Origin: Dehalococcoidia bacterium
Lineage (GTDB): Bacteria > Chloroflexota > Dehalococcoidia > Lucifugimonadales > Australimonadaceae
Direction of reading: 5' to 3'
Assembly: GCA_965220225.1 (NCBI GenBank)
Contig: OZ244813.1
Span: 1,276,594-1,340,593 of the forward strand
Length of the DNA: 64,000 bases
Every line of letters begins with the position of its first letter. Within the stretch, counting starts at the first letter, position 1. The notes beneath the pieces are model-generated. The model ran no database searches and was not told the DNA's origin. It saw only the letters and a list, made by a program, of their open reading frames with translations. Below are positions 10,571-19,576 of the stretch, one piece after another. The position numbers and the translations under genes were made by a program.

Positions 10571-11038
10571 TCAGGGTTTCAACCACTCGTAGAGGTGGTA
10601 GTGCTCGCGGGTCATGCCGAGCGCTTCGTAGACGCGCTGGGCGGGCTCATTGCGCTTGTCGACGTAGAGGCGCAGCCCCACGAGTTCGTCGGAGCGCTCT
10701 ACCTGCTCGCGGAGGTGCTCGTAGAGCGTCGAGTAGACGCCGCGGCGACGCGCTTCCGGCACGACGTATACCGAGTGGATCCAGAGCACGACACCGTTCC
10801 GCCAGTCGCTCCATTCGGTGACCGTCATCAGCATCCCGACGGGACTTTCGTCCTCCTCGGCGAGCCAGTACTCGGCGTGGACGCGGTCTTCCAGCACGGC
10901 GCGCACACCCTCGGTGAGCGTTGCATGGTCGAGTTCAGCACCCTCGCTCTCGACGGCCATCGCCATCTGCGCGTCGACGATGAACTGGAGGTCGTCGCGG
11001 TTCGCTCGACGGACGACGATCATGGCGTAACGCTGCAC
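10571..11038 (-). CDS. GNAT family N-acetyltransferase
   Basis: 'EWSDWRNG..LWIHSVYVVPEARRRGVY', 'LRLYVDKRNEPAQRVYEALGM'. Confidence 0.9.
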   Translation of the reverse strand: MQRYAMIVVRRANRDDLQFIVDAQMAMAVESEGAELDHATLTEGVRAVLEDRVHAEYWLAEEDESPVGMLMTVTEWSDWRNGVVLWIHSVYVVPEARRRGVYSTLYEHLREQVERSDELVGLRLYVDKRNEPAQRVYEALGMTREHYHLYEWLKP

Positions 11039-11069
11039 GCGGTGACGTCAGGACGAACGAGGCACACGG

Positions 11070-11717
11070 CTACGCAGCGACCCTGCGCATGACGGCGACG
11101 ACCTTGCCGTGCACCTGGACGCTGTCCGCGGGGACGATGATGGGGTCCATCGCCGGGTTCGCGGGCATAAGGCGCACGTTCTCGCCTTCCAGGTAGAAGT
11201 GCTTGAGCGTGGCCTCCTCCTGGATGGGGAGCCAGGCCGCGACCATCTCGCCGTTGTGCGCATCGCGCGTGTGGCGCAGCACCACGATATCGCCGTCGGT
11301 TACGAACGCGTCGATCATCGAATAACCCTTGACCCGCAACGCGTAGAGGTTGCCTGGGTCGCGGGGGGTCAGTTCCGGCGGCAGCGAGAGCGCATCGCGG
11401 TCGTCGTCTGCGTAGGCGCCGGCCTCGGGGACGGGGATCGGTTCGCCCGCTGCAATCGCTCCGAGCACGGGAATGCGGGCCACCTCGACGAGGTCGGGAG
11501 CCGACTCGCCGACGAGCTCGATGGCACGGGAGATGTCGGGGGAGCGGCGGATGTGGCCGTCGCGCTCGAGCAGGCGAAGATTGTAGTCGACGACCGACGT
11601 GGAACTGATGCCGCACGCGAGCTGGATCTCGCGGATGGACGGCATATAGCTGCGGTCGGCGTGGTACTCGCGCAGGAAATCGAGGATCTGCTGCTGGCGC
11701 GTCGAGATGGCTGGCAT
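11070..11717 (-). CDS. lexA: SOS repressor LexA
   Basis: PSIREI HTH, Ala-Gly cleavage site (IAAGEP), catalytic S (GYSM) and K (ATLK). Confidence 0.97.
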   Translation of the reverse strand: MPAISTRQQQILDFLREYHADRSYMPSIREIQLACGISSTSVVDYNLRLLERDGHIRRSPDISRAIELVGESAPDLVEVARIPVLGAIAAGEPIPVPEAGAYADDDRDALSLPPELTPRDPGNLYALRVKGYSMIDAFVTDGDIVVLRHTRDAHNGEMVAAWLPIQEEATLKHFYLEGENVRLMPANPAMDPIIVPADSVQVHGKVVAVMRRVAA

Positions 11718-11738
11718 GGGCGGCCTCCGTGGGTAATC

Positions 11739-11752
11739 AGAACGTGCGTTCT
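11739..11752. promoter_or_regulatory. LexA (SOS) box AGAAC-N4-GTTCT
   Basis: AGAACGTGCGTTCT 21 nt upstream of lexA, just downstream of minus-strand TTGACA-N18-TAGCCT promoter. Confidence 0.9.
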
Positions 11753-11822
11753 AGGCTAGAAGGCCGCGTGCGCAACTGTCAACGGGATCGTGTCACAGTT
11801 TGCGCGGATGCTGAAAGGCGTG

Positions 11823-12077
11823 CTACTCGGCGGAGGCGGCGTTGAGCCGCTTGGTAAGGCGGGACTTGCTCCGCGCGGCGGCGTTGCGGTGGACGATGCC
11901 CTTGGAGACGGCGCGGTCCAGCCTGCTGACCGCTGTGAGGACGCTGGCGCCTACCGCCTCGCTGTTGGTGTTGAGCGCGCGGACGGCCTTCTTGACCGCC
12001 GTGCGTGTGCTGGAACGGACGCGCCGGTTGACGATGCGGCGGCGCTCCTGAACTCTCGCTGCTTTCTTCGCTGGCAT
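11823..12077 (-). CDS. rpsT: 30S ribosomal protein S20
   Basis: 'RRRIVNR..RS..RTAVKK', 'LDRAVSKGIVHRNAAARSKSRL'. Confidence 0.97.
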   Translation of the reverse strand: MPAKKAARVQERRRIVNRRVRSSTRTAVKKAVRALNTNSEAVGASVLTAVSRLDRAVSKGIVHRNAAARSKSRLTKRLNAASAE

Positions 12078-12164
12078 TGGTGCTCCGTGAGACCTGATCT
12101 TGTCGCTGACGGCCCATTATCGCTCACCGGGGCCTCGTTTGACCAGAGGCAGAGGGTTGAGGGC

Positions 12165-12469
12165 CAGACCAAGAGGGCCAATCAGCTTCGAATTCTGGCC
12201 CCCTTGGTCTGAGATTACGAGTGGATCGGGCTGCCGGTTTGGCCCCCTTGGCCCTCTTGGTTTGGGCTGTTTGCAAGGCCACGGCCTGCTTCCCGCGACC
12301 AAGGGGGCAAGGGGGCCAACGAATTCAAAGTTCTGCGTTGCAGCCATAGACGCCGTTGATGGCTGAAGCCATGAGCTATAAACGCAGTCTATGGGTGCTG
12401 CCCAGCGCGGCGGTCATGTCGCCAGCGTACGCGGAGGCGGGGCGTTCGCGGAAGGGGCGCGTGTCACAC
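12165..12469 (-). repeat. Copy A of a dispersed promoter-bearing non-coding element (homologous to 57542-57830)
   Basis: Shares 49-bp promoter block, tandem CCATAGAC-N3-GTCTATGG palindromes and GGAAGCAGGCC-NN-GGCCTTGC core with copy C; 3' boundary approximate. Confidence 0.75.
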
Positions 12470-12513
12470 CGTACAACGAGCATCGATGGGCAGGATGCGC
12501 AGGATAGGGCGGG

Positions 12514-13242
12514 CTACCTGATCAGCAGCGAAATAGCCGCGGCGACGATGACGATCTCGACGATGTAGACGAACGCCTTGTCCGAGACACGGTTGGTGAT
12601 CGCGCCGCCTAGATATGCCCCCGCGACCATGACGAGGCCGAGCACGAAGGCGAGGAGCAGGGCGTCGCGGTCGAGCAGGGCGAACGAGCCGTAGACCCCG
12701 ATCTTCACGACATTGATGATGGTCATGCCGGAGGCCATGGTGCCGACGAATGCGCCCCGCCGGAGGCCGTAAGCGAGGAAGAACGTCGCCCCGAAGGGCC
12801 CGGCGCCGCCGAAGAGCGAGGAGAGGAAACCCTGTCCCGCGCCGACGCCCACGAACGAGCGGGAGCTCATCCCCATCCCCCTGGACGCCAGCGGGGTGTG
12901 CCGGAACGCGACGATGAGCAGCAGGAAGATGGCGAACGCCTTCTGCAGGATGTCCGCCGGGAGGTTGGCGAACGCCGTCGCGCCGACGATGGACGTCGGG
13001 AGTGCCCCGATGAAGAACCACTTGACCACGCTGCGGTCGATGAGGTGGCGGTTCACCCAGATGCGCGACCAGGTCTGCATCATCACCGCGATGGTAGCGA
13101 TGGGGACAGCCTCCCTGATGCCGACGGCGAACGTGAGCGCCGGAATCATGATGATGGCGGAGCCGAGGCCCGCAAGCCCGCCGATGACCGCCGAGAAGAA
13201 GGCGACGACGCCGAGCGCGACGAGGACGACTGTCGGGTCCAC
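12514..13242 (-). CDS. TauE/SafE (TSUP) family membrane exporter
   Basis: Multi-TM, 'GGLAGLGSAII', 'GFLSSLFGGAGP'; GTG start just after stop of upstream paralog. Confidence 0.85.
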   Translation of the reverse strand: MDPTVVLVALGVVAFFSAVIGGLAGLGSAIIMIPALTFAVGIREAVPIATIAVMMQTWSRIWVNRHLIDRSVVKWFFIGALPTSIVGATAFANLPADILQKAFAIFLLLIVAFRHTPLASRGMGMSSRSFVGVGAGQGFLSSLFGGAGPFGATFFLAYGLRRGAFVGTMASGMTIINVVKIGVYGSFALLDRDALLLAFVLGLVMVAGAYLGGAITNRVSDKAFVYIVEIVIVAAAISLLIR

Positions 13243-13244
13243 GG

Positions 13245-13985
13245 CTATCCCGTCGCCAGGAGCAGGAGGCCGGAGACGATCATGAAGAACTCCACCGCGT
13301 AGATGAAGAGCCGCTCCGGCACGTGCTTGACGATGAGCGCCCCGGCGTACGCCCCCACAGCCATGATGAGGCCGATGCCCACGGCGACGAGGAACGACTC
13401 CAGCGTGAAGAGCGAGAAGCCGCCGTAGACGATCGTCTTGACGATGCTGACGAGGAACGTGCCGACGGCAACGGTGCCGACGAACGCGTTCTTCGTAAGG
13501 CCGTAGGCCATGAAGAAGTGCGCCCCGAACGGTCCCGCGCCGCCGAAGAGCGCGGAGAAGAAGCCCTGGCCGATGCCGACGGGCAGGAAGGCGCGCAGGG
13601 GCATCGCACGGCCCGCAACGAGCGGGATGTGTCGATAGACCACGAGGGCGAGCAGGAAGATGCCCAGACCCCTCGCGAGCCAATCCGTGGGGATGTTCGC
13701 GAAAACGACGCCCCCGAGCGCGGCGGCAGGCACCGCGCCGAGGCTGTACCAGCGGGCGACGCGCCAGTCCACGTAGTCTCGGTTCGCGATGGAGCGGGAG
13801 AGCGTGTTGAGCAGCATTGCCACGGTGACGATGGGGACGGCGAGGCGTATGCCGAACGCGAAGATGAGAACGGGGATGGCGATGATGCCGGTGCTCATGC
13901 CGGTGACGCCGCCGATGAGCGCGGCTATCAGCGACGTTGCGACGACCGCCGCAGCGACCGGCGCGCTGATATCCACATCCAGCAT
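13245..13985 (-). CDS. TauE/SafE (TSUP) family membrane exporter
   Basis: Multi-TM, 'GGVTGMSTGII', 'GFFSALFGGAGP'; tandem paralog. Confidence 0.85.
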   Translation of the reverse strand: MLDVDISAPVAAAVVATSLIAALIGGVTGMSTGIIAIPVLIFAFGIRLAVPIVTVAMLLNTLSRSIANRDYVDWRVARWYSLGAVPAAALGGVVFANIPTDWLARGLGIFLLALVVYRHIPLVAGRAMPLRAFLPVGIGQGFFSALFGGAGPFGAHFFMAYGLTKNAFVGTVAVGTFLVSIVKTIVYGGFSLFTLESFLVAVGIGLIMAVGAYAGALIVKHVPERLFIYAVEFFMIVSGLLLLATG

Positions 13986-13994
13986 CGGCGCGGC

Positions 13995-15095
13995 CTACAG
14001 CCGCTCGAGGATCATGTCGGTCATGTGCTGGGTGGTGGAGAACTCCGCGCCGGGAGGGGCGAGGTCAGCGGTGCGGTGGCCGTCGTTCAGGGCGCTCTCG
14101 ACCGCGGCGTTGATGGCGGCGGCCTCCTCTGCAAGGCCGAACGAGTACTGCAGCATGAAGGCGGAGCTGAGGATGGAGCCGACGGGGTTCGCCTTTCCCT
14201 GGCCGGCGATGTCGGGCGCGCTGCCGTGGCTCGGCTCGTAGAGGCCCTTCACCTTGCGCGTCCTGCCCCTGGCGTCCTTGCCGGGGAGTCCGGCGAGGCT
14301 GGCGGACGGCAGCATGCCGAGCGAGGCGGAGAGGACCGCGGCCTCGTCCGAGATGATGTCGCCGAACATGTTCTCCATGACCATGACGTCGAAGCTGGTG
14401 GGGCGTGTGATGAGGACCATCGCGCAGGAGTCGACCAGCTGGTGCTCGAGCTCGACGTCCGGGTAGTCCTTCGAGACCTCGATGGCGATCTCGCGCCAGA
14501 GGCGTGAGGACTGGAGGACGTTCGCCTTGTCGACCGAGGTGAGCTTCTTGCGTCGGGAGCGGGCGAGCTCGAAACCGACGCGCAGGATGCGCTCGATCTC
14601 CTTCTCGGTGTAGAGGAGGGTGTCTACGCCCTTGCGTCCGGCCTTCGTCTCCCACCGCTTCTTGGGCGGAGCGTAGTAAAGGCCGCCGGTGAGTTCTCGC
14701 AGGATGACCATGTCCGCGCCGCGCACGCGGTCGTCCTTGAGCGGGCTCGCGGGCTCCATGCCGGGGAAGACTTTGACCGGGCGGATGTTGGCGTAAAGGC
14801 CGAGCGCCTTGCGCAGACCGAGGATGGCGGCCTCCGGGCGGACGGTCTCGTTGTCCCACTTCGGGCCGCCGACGGCGCCGAAGAGCACCGCGTTCGAGCG
14901 CTTCGCAGCGCGGACGGTCTCGTCACGCAGGGGCGTGCCGAAGGCGTCGATCGCGCCACCGCCGACCACGTCGGTCTGGTAGCGGAAGTTGTGCTTCCAG
15001 CGTGCCGCGACGGCGTCGAGGACCTGCTGCGATGCGCCGGTAACCTCCGGGCCGATTCCGTCGCCCGGCAGAACCATGATGTCGAAAGTGGCCAT
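13995..15095 (-). CDS. leuB: 3-isopropylmalate dehydrogenase
   Basis: LPGDGIGPEV, RELTGGLY, VDKANVL, NMFGDIISD, YEPSHGSAPDIAG. Confidence 0.97.
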   Translation of the reverse strand: MATFDIMVLPGDGIGPEVTGASQQVLDAVAARWKHNFRYQTDVVGGGAIDAFGTPLRDETVRAAKRSNAVLFGAVGGPKWDNETVRPEAAILGLRKALGLYANIRPVKVFPGMEPASPLKDDRVRGADMVILRELTGGLYYAPPKKRWETKAGRKGVDTLLYTEKEIERILRVGFELARSRRKKLTSVDKANVLQSSRLWREIAIEVSKDYPDVELEHQLVDSCAMVLITRPTSFDVMVMENMFGDIISDEAAVLSASLGMLPSASLAGLPGKDARGRTRKVKGLYEPSHGSAPDIAGQGKANPVGSILSSAFMLQYSFGLAEEAAAINAAVESALNDGHRTADLAPPGAEFSTTQHMTDMILERL

Positions 15096-15144
15096 GTGCG
15101 TACCTCGGGATGCCGGCGTGTCGCGGCGGAATTGGGTCGGGGGC

Positions 15145-15732
15145 TCAGGAGTTGGCGCTCTCGAAGGCGTCTATCGCCGCCTCGTTCTGGAGGGTCAGGC
15201 CGATGTCGTCCAGCCCGCGCACGAGGTTGTCCTTGCGGAAGGGGTCGATGTCGAACGACGCAGCGAGGCCGAGGCCGTCGGTCACCTGCTGCGCTTCGAG
15301 GTCGACGGTCAGTTCGTAACCCTGGATCTCCTGTGCGCGGGCTATGATGGTGTCCACCTCGGAAGCGTCGAGCATGACGGGGAGCAGGCCGTTCTGGTAG
15401 CAGTTGTTCCGGAAGATGTCGCCGAAGCTGGGCGCGATGACGACGCGGAAGCCGTACTGCTGGATGGCCCAGGGCGCGTGCTCGCGGGAGGAGCCGATGC
15501 CGAACTGCGGCCCGCTCACGAGGATGCTGCCGCCGGCGTACTGCGGCTGGTTCAGGATGAAGCCGGGCTTGGGGGAGCCGTCCTCCTCGTAGCGCAGCTC
15601 GTAAAAGAGCAGCTCGCCGAATCCGACGCGGTCGATCTTCTTGAGGAAGCGCGCCGGGATGATCTGGTCGGTGTCGACGTTCGGCATGTCGTAGGGAACG
15701 ACCTTGCCGCTGTGTTTCGTGAAAGCGTCCAT
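15145..15732 (-). CDS. leuD: 3-isopropylmalate dehydratase small subunit
   Basis: NVDTDQIIPARFLK, FGIGSSREHAPWA, SFGDIFRNN; ATG at 15732. Confidence 0.97.
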   Translation of the reverse strand: MDAFTKHSGKVVPYDMPNVDTDQIIPARFLKKIDRVGFGELLFYELRYEEDGSPKPGFILNQPQYAGGSILVSGPQFGIGSSREHAPWAIQQYGFRVVIAPSFGDIFRNNCYQNGLLPVMLDASEVDTIIARAQEIQGYELTVDLEAQQVTDGLGLAASFDIDPFRKDNLVRGLDDIGLTLQNEAAIDAFESANS

Positions 15733-15767
15733 CCGTCTGCTCCTGGCCGGAACCGTGTCCGGTCTCG

Positions 15768-17171
15768 TTAATTGAGTTCCCGCACGTCCACGAAGTGTCC
15801 GGCGATAGCGGCTGCCGCAGCCATCGGCGGGCTGACGAGGTGCGTACGCCCGCCCGGCCCCTGCCGTCCCTCGAAGTTGCGGTTGGAGGTTGAAGCGCTG
15901 CGCTCGCCGGGGGCGAGCCGGTCCGGGTTCATCGCGAGGCACATCGAGCATCCGGCGTCGCGCCACTCGAATCCGGCCTCGGTGAATACCTGGTCAAGGC
16001 CTTCCTGTTCAGCCTGCTGTTTGACCGCCCATGAGCCCGGAACAACGAGCGCGCGGACAGTGCTCGCCTTCTGCCGGCCTTTCGCGACTTCCGCTGCAGC
16101 GCGCAGGTCTTCGATACGCGAGTTGGTGCACGAGCCGATGAAGACGGTGTCGACCGCGATGTCCTGGATGCGCTCGCCGCCGCTCAGACCCATGTACGCG
16201 AGCGCCTTCTCCACCGCGGTCTGCTCCTGCGACGACTCGAACTCGTCCGGGGTTGGAACGCGTTCGCCGACAGGGAGTACCTGAGCGGGGTTCGTGCCCC
16301 AGGTCACCTGGGGCTGGATGTCGGCGGCGTCCAGCGTGACGACCGTGTCGAACTGCGCGTCAGGGTCGGTGCGGAGGGCATTCCAGCGCTCGACGGCGGC
16401 GTCCCAGTCCGCGCCCGCCGGGGCGTACTCGCGACCCTTCAGGTAGGCGAACGTCGTCTCGTCCGGCGCGACCATGCCGGTGCGCGCGCCGGCCTCGATG
16501 GACATGTTGCAGACCGTCATGCGGCCTTCCATGGACATCTCGCGGAAGACGGAGCCGGTGTACTCGATAGCGTGGCCGATGCCGCCTGACGTGCCGATCT
16601 TGCCGATGATGGCGAGGATGACATCCTTGGGCGTGACTCCGTAACCGAGCGTGCCGTCGACACGGACCTCCATCGTCTTGGGCTTCGCCTGCCAGATGCA
16701 CTGCGTCGCGAGGACGTGCTCAACCTCCGACGTGCCGATGCCGAACGCCATCGCGCCGACCGCGCCATGCGTCGCGGTGTGGCTGTCGCCACAGACGATA
16801 ATCATGCCGGGCTGAGTGCGTCCCTGTTCGGGCCCGATGACGTGGACGATGCCCTGCTTCTCGCTGAACATGTCGTGGTACTCGAGGCCGAACTCGTCGG
16901 CATTGCGCTGCATCGCCTCGAGCTGCGCCTTCGAGACCTCGTCCGTGAGGGGCTTGTCGCGGTCGTTGGTGGGCACGTTGTGGTCGGCGACGGCGACGGT
17001 CTTGTCGAGCCTGCGGATGCGGCGATTGTTGAGGCGCAGGCCGTCGAACGCCTGGGGCGAGGTGACCTCGTGGACGAGGTGCAGGTCGACGTAGAGCAGG
17101 GAGGGCTTGCCCTCTTCCTCCCGCACGACGTGCGCGTCCCATATCTTCTCAAACATCGTCTTGGGGGCCAT
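15768..17171 (-). CDS. leuC: 3-isopropylmalate dehydratase large subunit
   Basis: [45 protein letters not shown]. Confidence 0.97.
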   Translation of the reverse strand: MAPKTMFEKIWDAHVVREEEGKPSLLYVDLHLVHEVTSPQAFDGLRLNNRRIRRLDKTVAVADHNVPTNDRDKPLTDEVSKAQLEAMQRNADEFGLEYHDMFSEKQGIVHVIGPEQGRTQPGMIIVCGDSHTATHGAVGAMAFGIGTSEVEHVLATQCIWQAKPKTMEVRVDGTLGYGVTPKDVILAIIGKIGTSGGIGHAIEYTGSVFREMSMEGRMTVCNMSIEAGARTGMVAPDETTFAYLKGREYAPAGADWDAAVERWNALRTDPDAQFDTVVTLDAADIQPQVTWGTNPAQVLPVGERVPTPDEFESSQEQTAVEKALAYMGLSGGERIQDIAVDTVFIGSCTNSRIEDLRAAAEVAKGRQKASTVRALVVPGSWAVKQQAEQEGLDQVFTEAGFEWRDAGCSMCLAMNPDRLAPGERSASTSNRNFEGRQGPGGRTHLVSPPMAAAAAIAGHFVDVRELN

Positions 17172-17189
17172 CTGATCCTCCGCTTCTCT

Positions 17190-17335
17190 TCAGACGGCGA
17201 AATCGTTCAGGACCAGGTAGGGGAGTGCGCTGTCCTGGCGAATGCGCGGTCGTTGCCGATGATGGCGTCGCAGCGGTCAGCCGCGGCGGTCGCTGCGATG
17301 ATAGCACTCGATGCCTTCAAGTTGGTGGAGGCGCC
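17190..17335 (-). pseudogene. C-terminal remnant of a PIN-domain (VapC-like) toxin
   Basis: Translates NLKASSAIIAATAAADRCDAIIGNDRAFAR, then after a frameshift LPYLVLNDFAV*; matches the PIN C-terminal pattern L..PDA.I.ATA....D...TND..F; N-terminal two-thirds absent. Confidence 0.7.
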
Positions 17336-17881
17336 TTACGAGGCGGCCTTGAGCGAAGCCGCGATCTCGCCGTCCAGCCGGTAGCGTTCCGGCTCCTCAT
17401 CCTGCGCCGGGATGCGCCGCACCCAGCGGTTGGCAGTGAGCTCCTCCAGCGTCCGGGTCAGGTCGGTGGGGTGGCCGTTCTCGGGGATGAGCCACGCGAG
17501 GTCCGGGAAGGTGGCCACGTAGTACGGGCAGTCCATGAGCGTGTCAGCGACTGCCCGCACGCCGCTGTCCGTGGCGTACAGGTCCTCGAACCGTTTGCGC
17601 CACTCGCGCGGGTCCGAGTCGCTGACGTGCTCGGACAGCGGCTCGTGCCAGCTCTCGCGCTCGCGGAGGACGTAGCGGTCGACGCTCTCTTTCGTGCCGC
17701 CGTAGGCCCCCTTCATACTCCCCTGAAAATACTGCACCCAGCTCTCCGGCTCCTTGACTAGGACGATGTCTCCGTCGATGACGGCCGCAGCCAGCGTGTC
17801 GCCGGGGTTGATGCCAACTTCCCGGAGAATGGCAACGGGGATGGTTATCTGGTTCTTACTGCTGACGGTTATCGTGCGCAT
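17336..17881 (-). CDS. AbrB/MazE/SpoVT-domain protein (VapB-like antitoxin) with C-terminal extension
   Basis: 'ITVSSKNQITIPVAILREVGINPGDTL' SpoVT/AbrB motif; 181 aa. Confidence 0.85.
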   Translation of the reverse strand: MRTITVSSKNQITIPVAILREVGINPGDTLAAAVIDGDIVLVKEPESWVQYFQGSMKGAYGGTKESVDRYVLRERESWHEPLSEHVSDSDPREWRKRFEDLYATDSGVRAVADTLMDCPYYVATFPDLAWLIPENGHPTDLTRTLEELTANRWVRRIPAQDEEPERYRLDGEIAASLKAAS

Positions 17882-17890
17882 GGCAAGCCT

Positions 17891-17948
17891 CGGCTGCTTG
17901 GTATTCCTTACTTTCTTTGAAAGTAAAGGTTTCCAAGCAGCCGGTCAA
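17891..17948 (-). promoter_or_regulatory. Promoter overlapped by long palindromic operator
   Basis: Minus-strand TTGACC-N17-TACTTT; concentric inverted repeats CGGCTGCTTGG/CCAAGCAGCCG and TTACTTTC/GAAAGTAA centred on 17917. Confidence 0.75.
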
Positions 17949-17973
17949 GCTCCTGCAAAGAAGAGCGGAACCC

Positions 17974-19524
17974 TTAGACGGCGCCTGCTGCCTCCGGTGA
18001 GCGGGTGGTGTCGCCCATCGCGAGCAGGCGGTTGAGCGCGTTCATGTAGGCCTGGGCGCACGCGACGATGATGTCCGTGTCCGCGCCGCGTCCAATGTAC
18101 GGCTTGCCGTCCTGTTCGATGCGGATGCTCACCTCGCCGATCGCGTCGATGCCCTCCGTGACCGAGTTGACGCTGAACTCCGTGAGCTCGTTCGGCACGC
18201 CGACGATGCGGTTGATGGCCTGGTAGACGGCGTCCACCGGTCCGGTGCCTGTCGCCGCGTCTGTGCGGAGCGTCCCGTCTTCGAGGGAGAGTTGGACGGT
18301 CGCAGTCGGGATCTCGCCGGTGCCGCAGGTCACCTGCACGTGCTCCAGCGAGTAGGTCTCCTCAATGGCCGTGCGCTCGTTGCCCATGAGCGCGATGAGG
18401 TCGCGGTCGGTCACCTCGCGCTTCTTGTCGGCGAGCTCCTTGAAGGACTCGTGCACCTTGTCGAGCTCCTCGTTGGTGAGCGCGTAGCCCAGCTCTTCGA
18501 GCCGTGAGCGCAGGCCGTGGCGTCCGCTCAGCTTGCCGAGCACGAGTTCGCTCCGGGGCACCCCCACGTCCAGCGGGTTCAGGATCTCGTAGGTGGTGCG
18601 CTCCTTCAGCACACCGTCCTGGTGGATGCCGGAGGCGTGGCGGAACGCGTTGCGCCCGATGACCGCCTTGTTCGGCTGCACCGGGAAGCCGCTCACCTGG
18701 CTCACGAGTCGGCTGGTGTTGTAGAGCTGCTTCGTGTCTATATCGGTGTCGACGCCGAAGTAGTCGCCGCGCGTGCGGAGCGCCATGATGACTTCCTCGA
18801 CGGCGGTGTTCCCCGCGCGCTCGCCGATGCCGTTGATGCAGCCCTCAACCTGGCGGGCCCCCGCCTTCACCGCGGAGAGGCTGTTGGCGACCGACATGCC
18901 CAGGTCGTCGTGGCAGTGGACGGAGATGCGGACGCTGTCGCCCAACTCCGGGACCTCGGCGCGCAGGTAGGTGATGAGGCCGCCGAACTCCTCCGGCACC
19001 GCGTAGCCGACCGTGTCGGGGATGTTGACGGTCGTCGCGCCCGCGTCGACGGCAGCCCGCACCATGTGCGCCAGGAACTCGCGCTCCGTGCGGCTGGAGT
19101 CCATGGGGGAGAACTCGACGTCGTCGGTGTACTGGCGCGCCCGGGAGACGGCCTTCGACGCAATCTCCACCACCTCTTCGCGGTTCTTCCGCAACTGGTG
19201 CTGGATATGCTGGTCGGAGGAGGAGATGAACACGTGGATGCGCGGGTGCGCCGCGTCCTTCAGCGCCTCTCCGGCTCTATCCACCGCAGCCTCGTTCGCG
19301 TGGGCGAGTGCGGCGATGATCGGCTTCCGCACCTCGCGCGCGATCGTCTGCACCGCCTCGAAGTCACCGGGGGAGCTCACGGGGAAGCCTGCCTCGATGA
19401 TGTCGACGTTCAGCCGCTCGAGTTGCCTGGCGATCTCCACCTTCTCGTCCACTGTCATCCCCGCCCCGGCGGACTGCTCTCCGTCCCGGAGCGTGGTGTC
19501 GAAGATGAGCACTCTGTCTTCCAT
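17974..19524 (-). CDS. leuA: 2-isopropylmalate synthase
   Basis: FDTTLRDGEQ, HCHDDLG, NGIGERAGN, HASGIHQDG, C-terminal regulatory domain (GTGPVDA). Confidence 0.97.
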   Translation of the reverse strand: MEDRVLIFDTTLRDGEQSAGAGMTVDEKVEIARQLERLNVDIIEAGFPVSSPGDFEAVQTIAREVRKPIIAALAHANEAAVDRAGEALKDAAHPRIHVFISSSDQHIQHQLRKNREEVVEIASKAVSRARQYTDDVEFSPMDSSRTEREFLAHMVRAAVDAGATTVNIPDTVGYAVPEEFGGLITYLRAEVPELGDSVRISVHCHDDLGMSVANSLSAVKAGARQVEGCINGIGERAGNTAVEEVIMALRTRGDYFGVDTDIDTKQLYNTSRLVSQVSGFPVQPNKAVIGRNAFRHASGIHQDGVLKERTTYEILNPLDVGVPRSELVLGKLSGRHGLRSRLEELGYALTNEELDKVHESFKELADKKREVTDRDLIALMGNERTAIEETYSLEHVQVTCGTGEIPTATVQLSLEDGTLRTDAATGTGPVDAVYQAINRIVGVPNELTEFSVNSVTEGIDAIGEVSIRIEQDGKPYIGRGADTDIIVACAQAYMNALNRLLAMGDTTRSPEAAGAV

Positions 19525-19576
19525 GTCATCCCTCCACAAACAGGCCGCTCACGGCCTCCGCTGTTGCCCTTGCGGT

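Noticed and set aside
12117..12347. 76-aa ORF (MAATQNFEFVGPLAPL...) in element A as a real gene
   Set aside because: The GPLAPL/GPLGL pattern arises from the DNA repeats and the frame is not preserved in copy C
13243..13683. N-terminal extension of the 389-aa ORF 12514-13683
   Set aside because: Overlaps the upstream TauE paralog in another frame; the GTG at 13242 gives a protein matching the paralog's length
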